The position numbers and the translations under genes are program-made. This document shows positions 46,927-60,400 of a DNA stretch of 64,000 bases, piece after piece (within the stretch, counting starts at the first letter, position 1; every line of letters begins with the position of its first letter). The notes under the pieces were generated by a model. That model saw only the letters and a program-made list of their open reading frames with translations. It was not told where the DNA came from and did not search any database. This DNA is from Planctomycetota bacterium (GTDB lineage: Bacteria; Planctomycetota; PLA2; JAEUHO01), in the NCBI GenBank assembly GCA_050248855.1, contig JBFWRP010000004.1:128001-192000 (forward strand), in the 5' to 3' direction.

Positions 46927-48158
46927 GATGCAGCTCCGGCAGGGGTCGGAAGCGCGAAGAGGAGCACGTCGACGACGACGCCGCGCGGACCGGGCACGGG
47001 CGCGGGCGTGTCCTCGGGGAGCACGAGCCACGCGGGCGCGTCCGCGAGCGCGAACGGGTCGCCCGAACCGCGCCAGGGCAGGGACGTGGCGACGAGGCCG
47101 CCCTGCGCATCGACGTGCACCGCAACGGGTCGGAAGCGCCGCCGCGGCATCGGCTTGCCCCAGCTCCCCGCCCACGTCGCCTGCACGCACGCGCGGGGCG
47201 CGAAGGGAAGACCGCCGAGCGCATCGAGCGCGGGGCGCACGAGCAGCTCGAAGCCGACGCGCGATGCGGCCGGGTTGCCGGGCAAGCCGACCACCAACGT
47301 GTCGCCGCGGATCCCGCACCACAGCGGCCCGCCCGGCTGCACGGCCCAACGGTGGAAGATCTCGCGCACGCCGAGCCCGGTCAGCAAGGCGGGAACGAGA
47401 TCGCGATCGCCCCGGCTGACGCCTCCGGACGTGAGCACCACGTCGGCCCCCTCGAGCGCCGCGGCCAGGGAGGCGCGCAGCGCGTGCTCGTCGTCGGGTG
47501 CGATGCCCAGGTCGCGGGACACGGCACCCGCGTGGGTGGCCAGCGCGGCGAGCAGTGGACCATTCGAGTTGCGGATGCGACCGGGACCCGGTGCCACGTC
47601 CACGGCGACCAGCTCGTCGCCGGTCCCGAGGACCGCCACGCGCGGGCGCGCGAACACGGGCACCTCGGCGAGACCGGCCGTGGCCAGGGCGCCTGGTGCC
47701 GCCGCGGAAAGGCGCGTTCCGGCGGACACCACCACCGCGCCGCGTGCCGCATGCGCCCCCGCCTCCACGACGAACGGGTCGTCGCCCGCCGGGCGCGCGA
47801 GCGTGACGGCGTCGCGACCCTCGTCGGTCCACTCGAAGGGGATGACGCAGGTGGCGCCAGCGGGCAGCGGCGCCCCGGTCATCACCAACGACGCCTCGCC
47901 GGGCCCGAGGCGCGCCCCCGGAGCGTCGCCGGCGCTCACGCGCCCGGTCACGGGCACGGGCACGCCCACGGCGGGCGCCTTGACGAACGCGTAGCCGTCC
48001 ATCGTGGCGCGCCGGAAGGGGGGCACGTCGTGGTCCATGCGCACGTCGTCGGCCAGGACGCGGCCGACCGACGCCGTGAGCGGGACGCGCTCGACCGCTC
48101 GCCCGCCGCGCGGCAGGGCGTCGGCGACGCGGCGAAGGGCCTCTTCGAGTCGCAGCAC
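46923..48158 (-). CDS. moeA: Molybdopterin molybdenumtransferase MoeA
   Basis: PPFRRATMDGYA, MTGAPLP, GTGDEL, SGGVSRGDRD and GLPGNP motifs. Confidence 0.93.
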   Translation of the reverse strand: MLRLEEALRRVADALPRGGRAVERVPLTASVGRVLADDVRMDHDVPPFRRATMDGYAFVKAPAVGVPVPVTGRVSAGDAPGARLGPGEASLVMTGAPLPAGATCVIPFEWTDEGRDAVTLARPAGDDPFVVEAGAHAARGAVVVSAGTRLSAAAPGALATAGLAEVPVFARPRVAVLGTGDELVAVDVAPGPGRIRNSNGPLLAALATHAGAVSRDLGIAPDDEHALRASLAAALEGADVVLTSGGVSRGDRDLVPALLTGLGVREIFHRWAVQPGGPLWCGIRGDTLVVGLPGNPAASRVGFELLVRPALDALGGLPFAPRACVQATWAGSWGKPMPRRRFRPVAVHVDAQGGLVATSLPWRGSGDPFALADAPAWLVLPEDTPAPVPGPRGVVVDVLLFALPTPAGAAS

Positions 48159-48259
48159 GGCGCGGATGCTACCGGCGGCGCGGCGGCCTCGGCCAATCGC
48201 CTGGGCGTGGCCCCCGCCCCGCTATGCTCCGGCCTCGTTCTTTCCCCCGGCGGACCCCG

Positions 48260-48766
48260 ATGAGCGCGCCCGAACTCCCCACCGAGCCCGACCCGGCCGA
48301 GGCCCGCACGCTGCGCGTCGCGATCCTCTTCACGCGCTGGTACCCGGAGGTCGTCGCGGGTCTGCTGCGCGGGGCCCGCACGACGCTCGCCGCGATGGGC
48401 GTGCCGGACGTCGCCGTGCTCGGGATCGAGGTCCCGGGCGCTTACGAGCTGCCGCAAGCCGCGTGCTGGCTGGCACGCGCCGAGGACGTCGACGCCATCG
48501 TGGCGCTCGGCTGCATCGTGCGCGGCGAGACGCCGCACTTCGACCACGTGGCCCGGGCCGCCGTGGACGGGTTGCTCGGTGTGGCGCTCGAGACGGGCGT
48601 CCCCGTCGGTCTGGGCGTGATCACGGCCGAGACCCTGGCCCAGGCGCACGCGCGCAGCGGAGAGACCACCGGCAAGGGCGGCAACAAGGGCCACGAGGCC
48701 GCCGACGCCGCCGTGCGCATGGCGCTCGCCTATCGCGCGCTCGAGGCGCGGAGGCGCCGGTCGTGA
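48260..48766 (+). CDS. ribH: 6,7-dimethyl-8-ribityllumazine synthase
   Basis: VPGAYELP, ALGCIVRGETPHFDHV and GNKGHEAA motifs. Confidence 0.95.
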   Translation: MSAPELPTEPDPAEARTLRVAILFTRWYPEVVAGLLRGARTTLAAMGVPDVAVLGIEVPGAYELPQAACWLARAEDVDAIVALGCIVRGETPHFDHVARAAVDGLLGVALETGVPVGLGVITAETLAQAHARSGETTGKGGNKGHEAADAAVRMALAYRALEARRRRS

Positions 48767-49188
48767 GGGTCCGCACGCGGGCCCGCGAGCTGGCGCTGCA
48801 GTTCCTCTTCCAGCTGGACTTCCACGGACGCACGTACCTGGGCGAGCTGGAGGCCTTCCTCGACGAGGAGCTGGGCGAGCACGCCGACGCGGCCGAGGCC
48901 AAGGCCTACGCGCGTCGCCTCGTGGAAGGCGTGGCCCGCCGGCGCGAGGAGGTCGATGCGCGCATCGTTGCCGCCGCCACCAACTGGGACCTGGGCCGCA
49001 TGGCGGGGATCGACCGCGCCGTGCTTCGGCTGGGTACGTACGAGCTGTTGTTCGCCGACGATGTCCCGCATCGCGTGGCGATCAACGAGGCGATCGAGCT
49101 GGCCAAGCGCTACTCCACGGAGAAGTCCGGCGCGTTCGTGAACGGGATCCTCGACCGCGTGCGCAAGGACGCGGGCGTGGCGCGGTAG
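48763..49188 (+). CDS. nusB: Transcription antitermination factor NusB
   Basis: RTRARELALQFLFQ, DRAVLRLG, VAINEAIELAKRY and FVNGILD motifs. Confidence 0.95.
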   Translation: MRVRTRARELALQFLFQLDFHGRTYLGELEAFLDEELGEHADAAEAKAYARRLVEGVARRREEVDARIVAAATNWDLGRMAGIDRAVLRLGTYELLFADDVPHRVAINEAIELAKRYSTEKSGAFVNGILDRVRKDAGVAR

Positions 49189-49198
49189 GCGGAGACCG

Positions 49199-50110
49199 AT
49201 GGGCATCTTCGACAAGCTGAAGAAGGGACTGTCCAAGACGAGGTCGGGCCTCGTGGGCGGGCTCAAGTCCGTGCTCACGCTGGGCCGCACCGTCGACGAG
49301 GAGCTGCTCGAGGAGCTCGAGGAGACGCTGATCCGTGGCGACTTGGGGCCACGCACCGCACACGAGCTGGTGGAGGCCGCCCGCAAGGGCGCGCGCAAGG
49401 GCCGCGTCAAGACCGCCGAGGACGTGAGGGCCCTGCTGCAGGAAGAAGTCGTCGCGCGGCTCGAGATGGGCGGCATCGCGCTGGCCAAGGTCGAGCAGGG
49501 CCCCACCGTCGTGCTCGTATGCGGCGTCAACGGGGCCGGCAAGACCACGTCGATCGGCAAGCTCACGAAGTGGCTCAAGGACCAGGGCCATCGCGTGGTG
49601 CTCGGCGCCGCGGACACGTTCCGCGCCGCCGCCGTGGAGCAGCTCGTGATCTGGAGCCAGCGCAGCGGCGTCGACATCGTGAAGCAGGACACCGGCGCCA
49701 AGCCCGACGCCGTGGCCTACGACGCCTGCACAGCCGGTCTCGCGCGAGGTGCCGACTACGTGATCATCGACACGGCCGGTCGCCTGCACACGCAAGAGAA
49801 CCTCATGCAGGAGCTCGGCAAGATCCGGCGCGTGGTGGGGAAGGCCATTCCCGGTGCGCCGCACGAAGTGCTGCTCGTCCTGGACGCCACCACCGGGCAG
49901 AACGCCATCCGCCAGGCCGAGCTGTTCCACAAGACGGCCGACGTCACGGGGCTCTTCGTGACCAAGCTCGACGGCACCGCCAAGGGGGGGGCCGTCATCG
50001 CGGTGCGCGATGTCGTGGGCGTGCCCGTCAAGTTCGTCGGTATCGGGGAGGGCATCGAGGACATCCAGCCCTTCGATGCGAAGGCGTTCGCGGCCGCCCT
50101 CTTTGCGTAG
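49199..50110 (+). CDS. ftsY: Signal recognition particle receptor FtsY (short, NG domain only)
   Basis: GVNGAGKTTSIGK, DTFRAAA, DTAGRL, DATTGQN and TKLDGTAKGG motifs. Confidence 0.96.
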   Translation: MGIFDKLKKGLSKTRSGLVGGLKSVLTLGRTVDEELLEELEETLIRGDLGPRTAHELVEAARKGARKGRVKTAEDVRALLQEEVVARLEMGGIALAKVEQGPTVVLVCGVNGAGKTTSIGKLTKWLKDQGHRVVLGAADTFRAAAVEQLVIWSQRSGVDIVKQDTGAKPDAVAYDACTAGLARGADYVIIDTAGRLHTQENLMQELGKIRRVVGKAIPGAPHEVLLVLDATTGQNAIRQAELFHKTADVTGLFVTKLDGTAKGGAVIAVRDVVGVPVKFVGIGEGIEDIQPFDAKAFAAALFA

Positions 50111-50158
50111 CGCGGGGCCGCGGACCAGATCCGGGGAGTCGCTGTCGTCCAACGCGCC

Positions 50159-52858
50159 ATGAACCCCGCGCCCGCCACGAGCCGCCTGACTGGAGCGCTG
50201 GTTGCGCTCGGGCTCGCCCTGCCCCTCCTCGCCGACGTGCCGGGCGCGTTCACGGGGGGCGACGTCCTCAGGCCGGTGGCGCTCGGCGCGGTGCTCGCCG
50301 TGGCCCTGCTGCTGGCGGGTCTGCAGCTGACGGGGCCCCTGCCGTCCAAGGGCCGCCTGCTGCTCGCGGCCTTGCCCTTGCTCGTGGCAGGCCTGGCCGT
50401 TCCGGCGGCGAGTGGGGAAGGGCTCCTGCCGCTCGCCCGTCGCCTGGCTCCGTGGCTGGCGCTGGCGCTCTTGCCCCTGGTGATGGCGCGCGCCCTGGTG
50501 GACGAGCGCGCGCGAGAGATCGCGGAAGCGGGCGTGCGGGTCGCCGCGGCGCTGGCGATCGCCTGGGTCGCGTTCGACGGGATCGTCGCGCTGCAAGCCT
50601 GGACGTCGGGCGGGCCGTTGCCGCGCGCGGCGGCCGGTCCGTTCGGCCGCCCGGGCGTGGCCGGCCCGGTCGTGGCGGCGCTCGGCCTCGCCGTGCTCGG
50701 CGCGCGCCTCCGGCGCGGCTCGCTCCCGGCTTCGCTCGCGGTGCTCGGCGCGTTCGTGGTGGCACTCGGGCTGACGCGCAGTCGAACCGCGGCCCTGGCG
50801 GCCGTGGCGGGCCTGCTCGTGCTGGTGGCGCTCGCCGCCGCAGGGGAGCACGCGGCGCGCACGCGCCGCCGCGTGGCGGCGCTCGGGATCGCCCTGGGCG
50901 CACTCGTCGCCCTGGTGGTGTCCGGTGCGTTGCCGTCCCCCGGCGGCGACGACACGTTGGAGGTGCGCCGGGGCCTCGTGCGCGCGTCAGCCCAGCTGAT
51001 CGCGGAACGGCCGCTCGCGGGCCACGGCTTGGGGCGCTTCGGCGAGGAGATCCTGCGCGTTCGTGATCCGCACGAGGCGCGCCTCGAAGCCGGACGCCGG
51101 CCGACGCACGCGCACGACGACGTCGTGCACGTCACCGTCGAGGGCGGCCTCCTGGCGGGACTCGCGTGGCTGGCGTTCCTCGTCGGCGCCCTCGCCGTGG
51201 GCGTGCGCGCCACGAGGCACGCAACAGGCGTGGACCGCGCCACGGCGGCGGGCTGGACCGCGGCGCTGGTCACGCTGACGGTTGCGGGCCTCGGTGAAGG
51301 CACGTGGATCGACCCCGCTGGCCTGACGGTCGGTTTGATCGCGCTCACCTTCCTCGATGCACGTCGGGCGCAGGTGGCGCCTCCGCCCGGGAGCCGCCTC
51401 GCCGTCCGCACGCGCCAGGCCGCGTGGGCCCTCGCGCTGGTGGCCCTGGCATGCACCTGGGCGGCGTGGCGGGGCGCGCGCGCCGACCACGCCCTGCTCG
51501 CGTGGCGCGTCGAGCGCGTCGAGCCGCTGCGAGCCGGTGACGGCCGTCGCCTCGACGTGCTCCTGGAGCGCCACGTGCTGGAGACGGCGCTGGCGCTGGA
51601 CCCGAACGACGCGCGCGGCTGGTACGAGCGCGGCGTGCAGGACGCGCGCCAAGGCCGTCGCCCCGCCGCGGCGGAGGCCTTCCGCGCGGCGCTGGCGCGC
51701 GACCCCGGCATGACCGAGGCACGCCTGGACCTGGCCACGATCTTCGAGATCGAAGACCGGCGCGACGATGCCGTCGCCGTCCTGGAAGAGGCGCGGCGCC
51801 TGGACCCGACGCGCTTCGACGTGGCCCTTCGCCTGGGTCACTTGGCCCTCGGGCCCGAGCCCGTGCCCGGCGAAGGCGACGGCCAGATCGACCTGGAGAC
51901 GGTACTGCGTCGCTACAACGATGCGCAGCGCATCGACCCGCGTCCGATCGCCAACATCGTGGCGCGGGCCCGCTGGTCGCGCCGCCAGGGCGACCTCGTG
52001 GGCGCCGCGGCCGCGCTCGCCGAAGCGAAGGCCGCCGCCGGGGGCGACGTGCGCGCGCTACCGGCCGAGGTGCTCTTCGAGTCGTTCCGCCTGGCGGAGC
52101 GCGAGGGCGCGAGCGAGCCGGTCCTCGTCGGCATCCTGACGTGGGGGCTCCGCCGGCGCCCGTCGCAGGCGGGGAGCTGGAAAGCGGAAGCCGAGCGCTT
52201 CCTGGTCGTGGCGCGCGAACGGGAGGCCGCGGCCAAGGCCGCCCTCGCCCCCGACGACCTGCTGGCCGGTGGCGGGCTCGACCTCGCCAGCGCCGAGCGC
52301 GCCTACCGCGCCGCCACGCTGCGCTTGGCGGGGTTGCTCCTCGCGGGCCTGGACGACCCGGCGCGCGAGCTGGCCGTCGCGCGGGAAGACGCCGAAGCCG
52401 GTCGATGGCGCCCCGCGCTGGCGCGCTACCGCGCGCTCCTGGCCTGGACGCACCTGGGCCCGACCGACGACGAGGTGCCCGTGCTCCTGGCCGCCGTCGC
52501 GCAGCGTGGCGACCTGCTGCTGGAGGCGGCCAAGGTCGCCAGCCGCATCGACGGCCCGCTGGCGCGCACCTACTACGCCCGCGGCCACGCCCTGCTCGGT
52601 GCGGAGCTCCTGGCCTCGGGCGAGCTCGAGCACGCCAAGCGGCTGCTGGAGCGCGCGGTCGAGGACGATCCCGAAGCGGCGGGCGTGCGCTTGGCGTTTG
52701 CGCGCGCGCTCACGCGCCTGGGCGAGCTGGACGATGCCGAGCGGCATCTGCTGACGGCCCTGGCCCAGGACCCCGCGCTGCGCGAAGCCGCCGCGGGCTC
52801 CTCCGACCTCGTGCCCTTGCGCGGTCGTCCGCGGGTGCGGGCGGCCTTGGCGAAGTGA
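50159..52858 (+). CDS. O-antigen ligase (Wzy_C/WaaL-like) domain protein with C-terminal TPRs
   Basis: Multi-TM N-terminal half with TRSRTA, GHGLGRF and HAHDDVVHVTVEGG; TPR-like repeats in the C-terminal half. Confidence 0.82.
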   Translation: MNPAPATSRLTGALVALGLALPLLADVPGAFTGGDVLRPVALGAVLAVALLLAGLQLTGPLPSKGRLLLAALPLLVAGLAVPAASGEGLLPLARRLAPWLALALLPLVMARALVDERAREIAEAGVRVAAALAIAWVAFDGIVALQAWTSGGPLPRAAAGPFGRPGVAGPVVAALGLAVLGARLRRGSLPASLAVLGAFVVALGLTRSRTAALAAVAGLLVLVALAAAGEHAARTRRRVAALGIALGALVALVVSGALPSPGGDDTLEVRRGLVRASAQLIAERPLAGHGLGRFGEEILRVRDPHEARLEAGRRPTHAHDDVVHVTVEGGLLAGLAWLAFLVGALAVGVRATRHATGVDRATAAGWTAALVTLTVAGLGEGTWIDPAGLTVGLIALTFLDARRAQVAPPPGSRLAVRTRQAAWALALVALACTWAAWRGARADHALLAWRVERVEPLRAGDGRRLDVLLERHVLETALALDPNDARGWYERGVQDARQGRRPAAAEAFRAALARDPGMTEARLDLATIFEIEDRRDDAVAVLEEARRLDPTRFDVALRLGHLALGPEPVPGEGDGQIDLETVLRRYNDAQRIDPRPIANIVARARWSRRQGDLVGAAAALAEAKAAAGGDVRALPAEVLFESFRLAEREGASEPVLVGILTWGLRRRPSQAGSWKAEAERFLVVAREREAAAKAALAPDDLLAGGGLDLASAERAYRAATLRLAGLLLAGLDDPARELAVAREDAEAGRWRPALARYRALLAWTHLGPTDDEVPVLLAAVAQRGDLLLEAAKVASRIDGPLARTYYARGHALLGAELLASGELEHAKRLLERAVEDDPEAAGVRLAFARALTRLGELDDAERHLLTALAQDPALREAAAGSSDLVPLRGRPRVRAALAK

Positions 52859-52862
52859 CCGC

Positions 52863-54672
<1,810 letters not shown>

Positions 54673-54683
<11 letters not shown>

Positions 54684-57489
54684 CGGTCGTGCTCCCGCCG
54701 GCGTCGAAGGCGCCCTCGCGATGGAGATCGTAGATGACCACCACCTCGGCCGCCTTGTCGGCCGCAGGGTACTTGCGGCGCGCCGCGGCCACGGCGACGT
54801 CGCGCGCGTTGTCGTCGGTCTTGTACGTGGCGTGCAGCGCGCGATGGCGCGCCGCGGCCTCGGACTCACCCAGCTCCTCGTGGACGAGGGCCAGGTTCCA
54901 GTGGGCGTCCACGCTCTCGCTGTCGAGCAGGAGCGCGCGCTGCAACCAGGACAGCGCTTGCCGCAGGATCACCTCACGCTCCGCGGTCCGCTCGGCACCC
55001 CGTTCCTGCTTGGCGCGTTCGAAGAGCGTCTGGCCGAGCTCCGTCAGCACGCGGTGGTCGCCCGAGAAGTCGAAGCCGCGCCTGCGCGTCTCCTCGGTGT
55101 CCATCGTGGCCACGGCGAGCAGGCCCTCGAGGGCGTCATCCAGGAACCCGCTCTGCTTGCTGACCAGCGCGCCGAACCACGCCACGGACCACGGGGGGGC
55201 GGGCGGATCGTGCTGCGCGGCGCGCTCGAGCGCGGCCGCCGCCTCCTCCAAGCGGCCCTCCTGCAAGTAGACGCGCGCCAGGTTGAGCGGGCCGTCCGGC
55301 CGCTTCAGCGCCTCGACCTCGGCGAACGCCTCCTCGGCTTGGCGGGCTTGGCCCCTGTGCGAATCGCCGCCCTTCACGAGGAGGCCGATGCCGTAGTCGT
55401 TCCAGCGCTGCCAGAGCGGGAAGTCCGGCGCCGGCTGCTCGGGCGCAGGCGATCCGCCGCGGACAGGGAAGACGACGCGGTCGGTGGCCAGTGTCGTGAT
55501 CACGAGGTCGTTGCGCTCGAACGCCTCGCCTTGCACATGCCGCAGGATCCGGGCGTCGAACTTGCGGTACTGGAGCGCCACGTCCACCGTCAGCGGCCCC
55601 TTCACGTCCTCGGGGACGACCAACCGGTAGTGCACGACCTGGCCGGCGCCCGGCGGGATCTGGTTGTTGTACAGCGGGACGAAGATGTCCTCGGGGTTGC
55701 GGCGGTCGATGCGGTTGCCCTCGCGGTCGATCACGAACGCGTTGACGAAGTGGCTCCAGGGATCGACCTCGCCGTCTTCGGCGCGCCGCCCCCCGCTGCG
55801 ACCCACGACGCGGTCGCCGTCGCGCACCGTGACGTCGAGCCAGACCTCGTTGCTGTCGGCCGTGCCCTGCGTGAAGAGGTGGCCCATCGTGACGGTCCGG
55901 ATGACGGTCTCGAGCAGGTAGGCCTTGCCGGGATCGAGCGTGGGCACGGTGGGCTTGAGCGGGGCCGTGAGCGTGCCGTCGATGGTGCCGCCCTCCCGCA
56001 CGCCGAAGAGGTCCACACGCATCACGCCTTCGAGAAACGCCTGGTGCTTCCTGATGACCCAGGGCGGCAAGTCGAGCAGGTCCGGCACGCCCGTGTTGGC
56101 CGCGGGGAACTGGTGGTCGTGGCCGGTGATGCGCCCGCTGCCGTCGAAATCGCGGCTGCCCGCGTCGGCCGAGGGGCGCAGCGGCATGTGACAGTCGTTG
56201 CAGCTCACCGTGGCCTTGGGCGGGTAGTAGAAGCTCGTGATCCCCTTGCCGCTGACCCCGCTCAGGATGAAGGGGTCGTAGTGGTTCTGGCCGCGCAGCC
56301 ACTTGTAGTCGTTGAGCTCGGGCGGCAAGTGCACCTTGTGGCACGTCGAGCAGAACTCGGCCGTCTTGTGCAGCGGCTTCAGGAAGGTCTTCTTGTGGAA
56401 GGCCGGCTTGGCGAAGATCATTTGTCGGTTGAGCCACTGGAGCACCGCGTTCTCGCTGTAGGCGAACGGGTAGTGGGGCGATTCCTCGATCGTGAAGTCG
56501 GCATTGCCCTTGGTGCTGTTGACGTACGTGATGGCGTGGCAGACCGTACAGGTGATGCCGGCCTGGGCCAGGGGGTCGGAGGCCAGGTCGTAGTCCGGGT
56601 CGTCGAAGCGCGGGTCGTCGAAGGCGCCGCTGAAGAAGGGCACGGGGTCGTGACAGCCCGCGCACCAGCGGCTGCCGGAGACGTCGCCGTGTCGCTCCAT
56701 CATGGCCTTGCGCGTGTTCTTGACGCTCATCAGGTACACCGGGTTGTTGAAGCTGCTGAAGCGGTGGACGCTGTGGCTCCACTCGCGGTGCACGTCTTCG
56801 TGGCACTTCAGGCAGTAGCGGTCGTTGAGCATGGCCTCGGCGGGGATGAAGTTGCCGGTGTCGGTACGAGCGAGGGACGGGAAGAAGTACTGCTCGCCGC
56901 TGGCCGGTCCCTTCAGGCCGAACACACGCGGGCTCTGGGCGTGCAGCCCCACCATGGCGCCGCCGAACAGCACGGCGACCGCCGCCCACCGCGCGCCGAG
57001 GTTCCAGCGGATGCGCTTGCCCGCCAGGCGATGCAGGACATACAGCCACGCCACCACGAACGGCGCGGCGACATGGACCCAGTAGACGAGGGCGCGGCGC
57101 TCGGCTCCCACGAGGTCCTTCCCGTCAGGCCGCAACAGCAGGAAGCCGGACCCCAGCAGCACGAGCGAGGCCGCAAACAGCGCGTAGCCGACGCGCACGG
57201 CCCTTCGATTGGGCCGACTCCGCGCGTTGATCCCGTGGAGGACACCGAAGACGACCGTGAGCAAGGTCAGCACCGCGCCCAAGCCGACGTGAGCCAACAC
57301 CATGAGGAAGTAGAAGTGGGTCTGGTAGAGGTTGCCGGTCGCCCACTCCAGGAACGTGACGCCTCCCAGGTACACGGAGTTGACCGACAGCAGGGCGAAC
57401 AGCCCCAGCACGACCACGAGGACCTTCTTCAGCCGCGGTCCGACCGCGGGGACGTAGCGGCGACGGGCGGGGGTCGGCTCGGAGGACAT
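54673..57489 (-). CDS. Membrane-anchored pentaheme c-type cytochrome with C-terminal TPR-like repeats
   Basis: About 5 N-terminal TMs containing His; five CxxCH motifs (CLKCH, CAGCH, CTVCH, CSTCH, CNDCH); TPR-like helices. Confidence 0.9.
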
Positions 57490-60400
57490 CAGCGGCTGCC
57501 GGGCACGACCCGTGTGTCCCATTCCGTCGCCATCTCCCGGCGCAGCGCTGCATCCGGATGGGGCGCCGGCGGGGGGTACGACGTCATGGCGCCGTAGGGC
57601 ACGGGCTCGACCGTCTCCGGCTCGGCGCCGTACGCATCCATGTCCTTGCAGTAGCCGTGGCTCCGGAGCACGTACGTGCGCACGTGGCCCTCGGGCACGG
57701 GTGGCAGGGTCGTGGCCTCGAAGGCCAGCTCCACCTCGTCGCCCACGGCCATCGTCACGAAGCGGTCGTCGACGCCATCGAGCAGGGGCTTCACGTCGCC
57801 GAAGCGCGTGTAGGCGCCGGCCATCGTGCGGAAGGGGACGCCGGCTTCGATCTGCCCGAGGTCCCAGCCCATCGGCAGGCGCCCATCGGGGCTCGTCTCC
57901 TTGGGCACGCCGACACGGCGCAGCACCGCCGATCCGAGCGGCGCAACGTGCCGCCCCGTCGGCGCGGACGTCGGCGCCACGGCCAGGAACACCTGGTCGT
58001 AGAAGATCTCCATCGTGGTGCGCAGGCGGAAGCGGCCCTGCCGTACCTCGGGCACGTCGGTCAGGTCGTAGGTGCTGGGGCGCGGCAGGCCGGCGGGGAA
58101 GCCGATGTCGGCCACGGCGACCCTCCATTCCCCCTGGCCGTCGGGTACTTCCAGGGCAGGCGGCGACAACGCGAGCCCGGCCTGCTCGGCCGCGTACGCC
58201 ACGTGGCTGTACGTGTAGTCGATCCACCCGTAGGTGCAGAGCACGAGGGACGTTCCTGCGGGGAGCTCGCCAAGGGCGTCGCCGAAGTCCAGCTCCAGCG
58301 CGTGGTCCTTGGCGTAGCCGGCAAAGCGCCGCTCGCGCGGCACCTCGGGCCACTGGCGATCGACGTGGCTCACGTGCGCCAAGACGTCGCGGCCCTGGTC
58401 GTCGCGCGCGGCCTTCGGAGCCACGCGCTCCCCCACCACCCATGGCTTGGCCGTAGCCGCGACGACGCCGCCGAAGCGCTCGTCCAGCCAGATCTCGGTC
58501 CCGGCGGGATGGTCGTAGGCAACGAGCTGGAGCTGGTCCAGCCACGTGACCTCCTCCAGCGGCTCCAGCACGCGCAGCTTCAGCAAGCCGCCGTCCTCGA
58601 CGAGCGCACCCGGCGGGATCCACACGTCTTCCGTGGGATCGGCGGGCGCATACACGCCGGGCTCCAGCAGGAACCCGACGCCGCCCGTGCCAAGAAAGTC
58701 GGTCACGTAGCGCCACGACGTGCCGTCCCACGTGAAGAGCACGGGACACGACGAGGGTTTGCGCTTGACCTTCTTCACGCGCCAGACCTGGTCTGCCGGC
58801 ACCTCCATCTCGCTCTGCAGCACGCCATCGGGCCAGCGAAAGCGCACGTAGTCCGCTCGCGCGGCACCGCCCAGACCCAGATGCACACGGGGCAGGGGAC
58901 TGGCCATCCAGCCGCTCGGCGCTCCCACGATGCGCCGCTGCACGTAGGGGCCCGTCTGCACGTCGAGCGACACGCCGAGGCCGGTGGGGTCGAAGGGCCG
59001 CCCCTCGTCGTCGACGCCGCCCGTCGCCCCTTCGGCACCGCTCGGGACCACCGTCAGCCAGTGGGCGCCAGGCGGGCGCAGCGGGCGTCGGATCGCGTGT
59101 TCGCCCGTCGTCCGTGTCATCACGAGCTCGATCCCGCCTTCGCCATCGAGGTCGACCGCGCAGAGAGCGCGCGGGGAGCGATCCGCCTTCGTGTCGTCCT
59201 CGGGGCCCAGGCGACGCGCCAGCGGCTGACCGCGGCGAACGGCGAACGGGCCCCCGCCCTGCTCCGTGCCCGCCAGCAGCACGTCCTCGTGCCCATCGAG
59301 GTCGAGATCAGCGAAGCAGCCGGTCACGCAGGCGCCGAGCGGGCGTACGGCGGCGTCGAACGCCTCGTCTGCGATGTCGGGGTGCGCGGCGAGCAAGAGG
59401 CGCGGCGGCCCGTCGCGTCGCAGCACGAGCAGGTCCATGCGCGCGTCGCCGTCGAAGTCGCCGACGGCCAGTGCCTGCGCGCCCGCCGTCGCCGCGAGCA
59501 CGGGCGCCAGCGTCGCGTCCTTCGTCCAGCCGTCCATGCGGTCGTTGCGCATCACGTGCGGCGGGCCGTCGGCACGGAAGATGACGAGATCCAGGTCGGC
59601 GTCCTCGTCCAAGTCCACGAACGCGGCGCCCACGCTGGCCCCACCGAGCGTCGCGAGGCCCAGCTCGGACGCAACGTCCTCGTACGTGCCCTCGCCGAGG
59701 TTGCGAAGCATCTGGTCGGAGCCGCCGGGAACGACCACGAACAGGTCGAGGTCGCCGTCGTGGTCGGCGTCGGCGAAGACGGCGTGCGTGCCGCCGCGGC
59801 CCGCGAGCCCCGCCTCGGCCGTCGCATCCGTGAACACGCCGCCGCCGACGTTTCGCCAAAACCGATGCTTCTCGCTGGAGGTAGCGAACAGATCGATGTT
59901 CCCATCTCCGTCGGGATCGGCGGCGAAGACGCCCGTTGCGGACCGGAGGTCCGGCCCGTGCTCCGCAGGCGCGAACGAGCCGTCGTCGCGGCGCAGCCGG
60001 AGGCCCACACGCCTCGGCGAGGCGAACGCAAGGTCGAGCCGGCCGTCGCCATTGGCGTCCAGCACGGCGAGGCCGGGACCTGCGGTTCCGCCCGCCCAGG
60101 GTGCCGTGGTCGCGGGCGTGGCGGTTCCGTCCCCGTCCCCCTGGTGGAAGGCCGTGTCGAAGCGATACGCCGGTAGCGGCACGTCGTCGGCGAGTGGTCG
60201 CGGACGCGCCGGCCGCAGCGCGTCCGCGAGCGCGCCCATCTCACCGTAGTTGAGGCTGTTTTTGGTTCCGGCGCCGCTTCGCTGCAGCGCGCGGAAGCGC
60301 TCCAGCTGGCGCGCGGCGGCTTCGTCCTCGCCCGCTTCGCGCAGCAGCTGGAACAGGCGGTACGTCGCCCCTTGGTGATGCGGTCGACTGCGCAGCGCGG

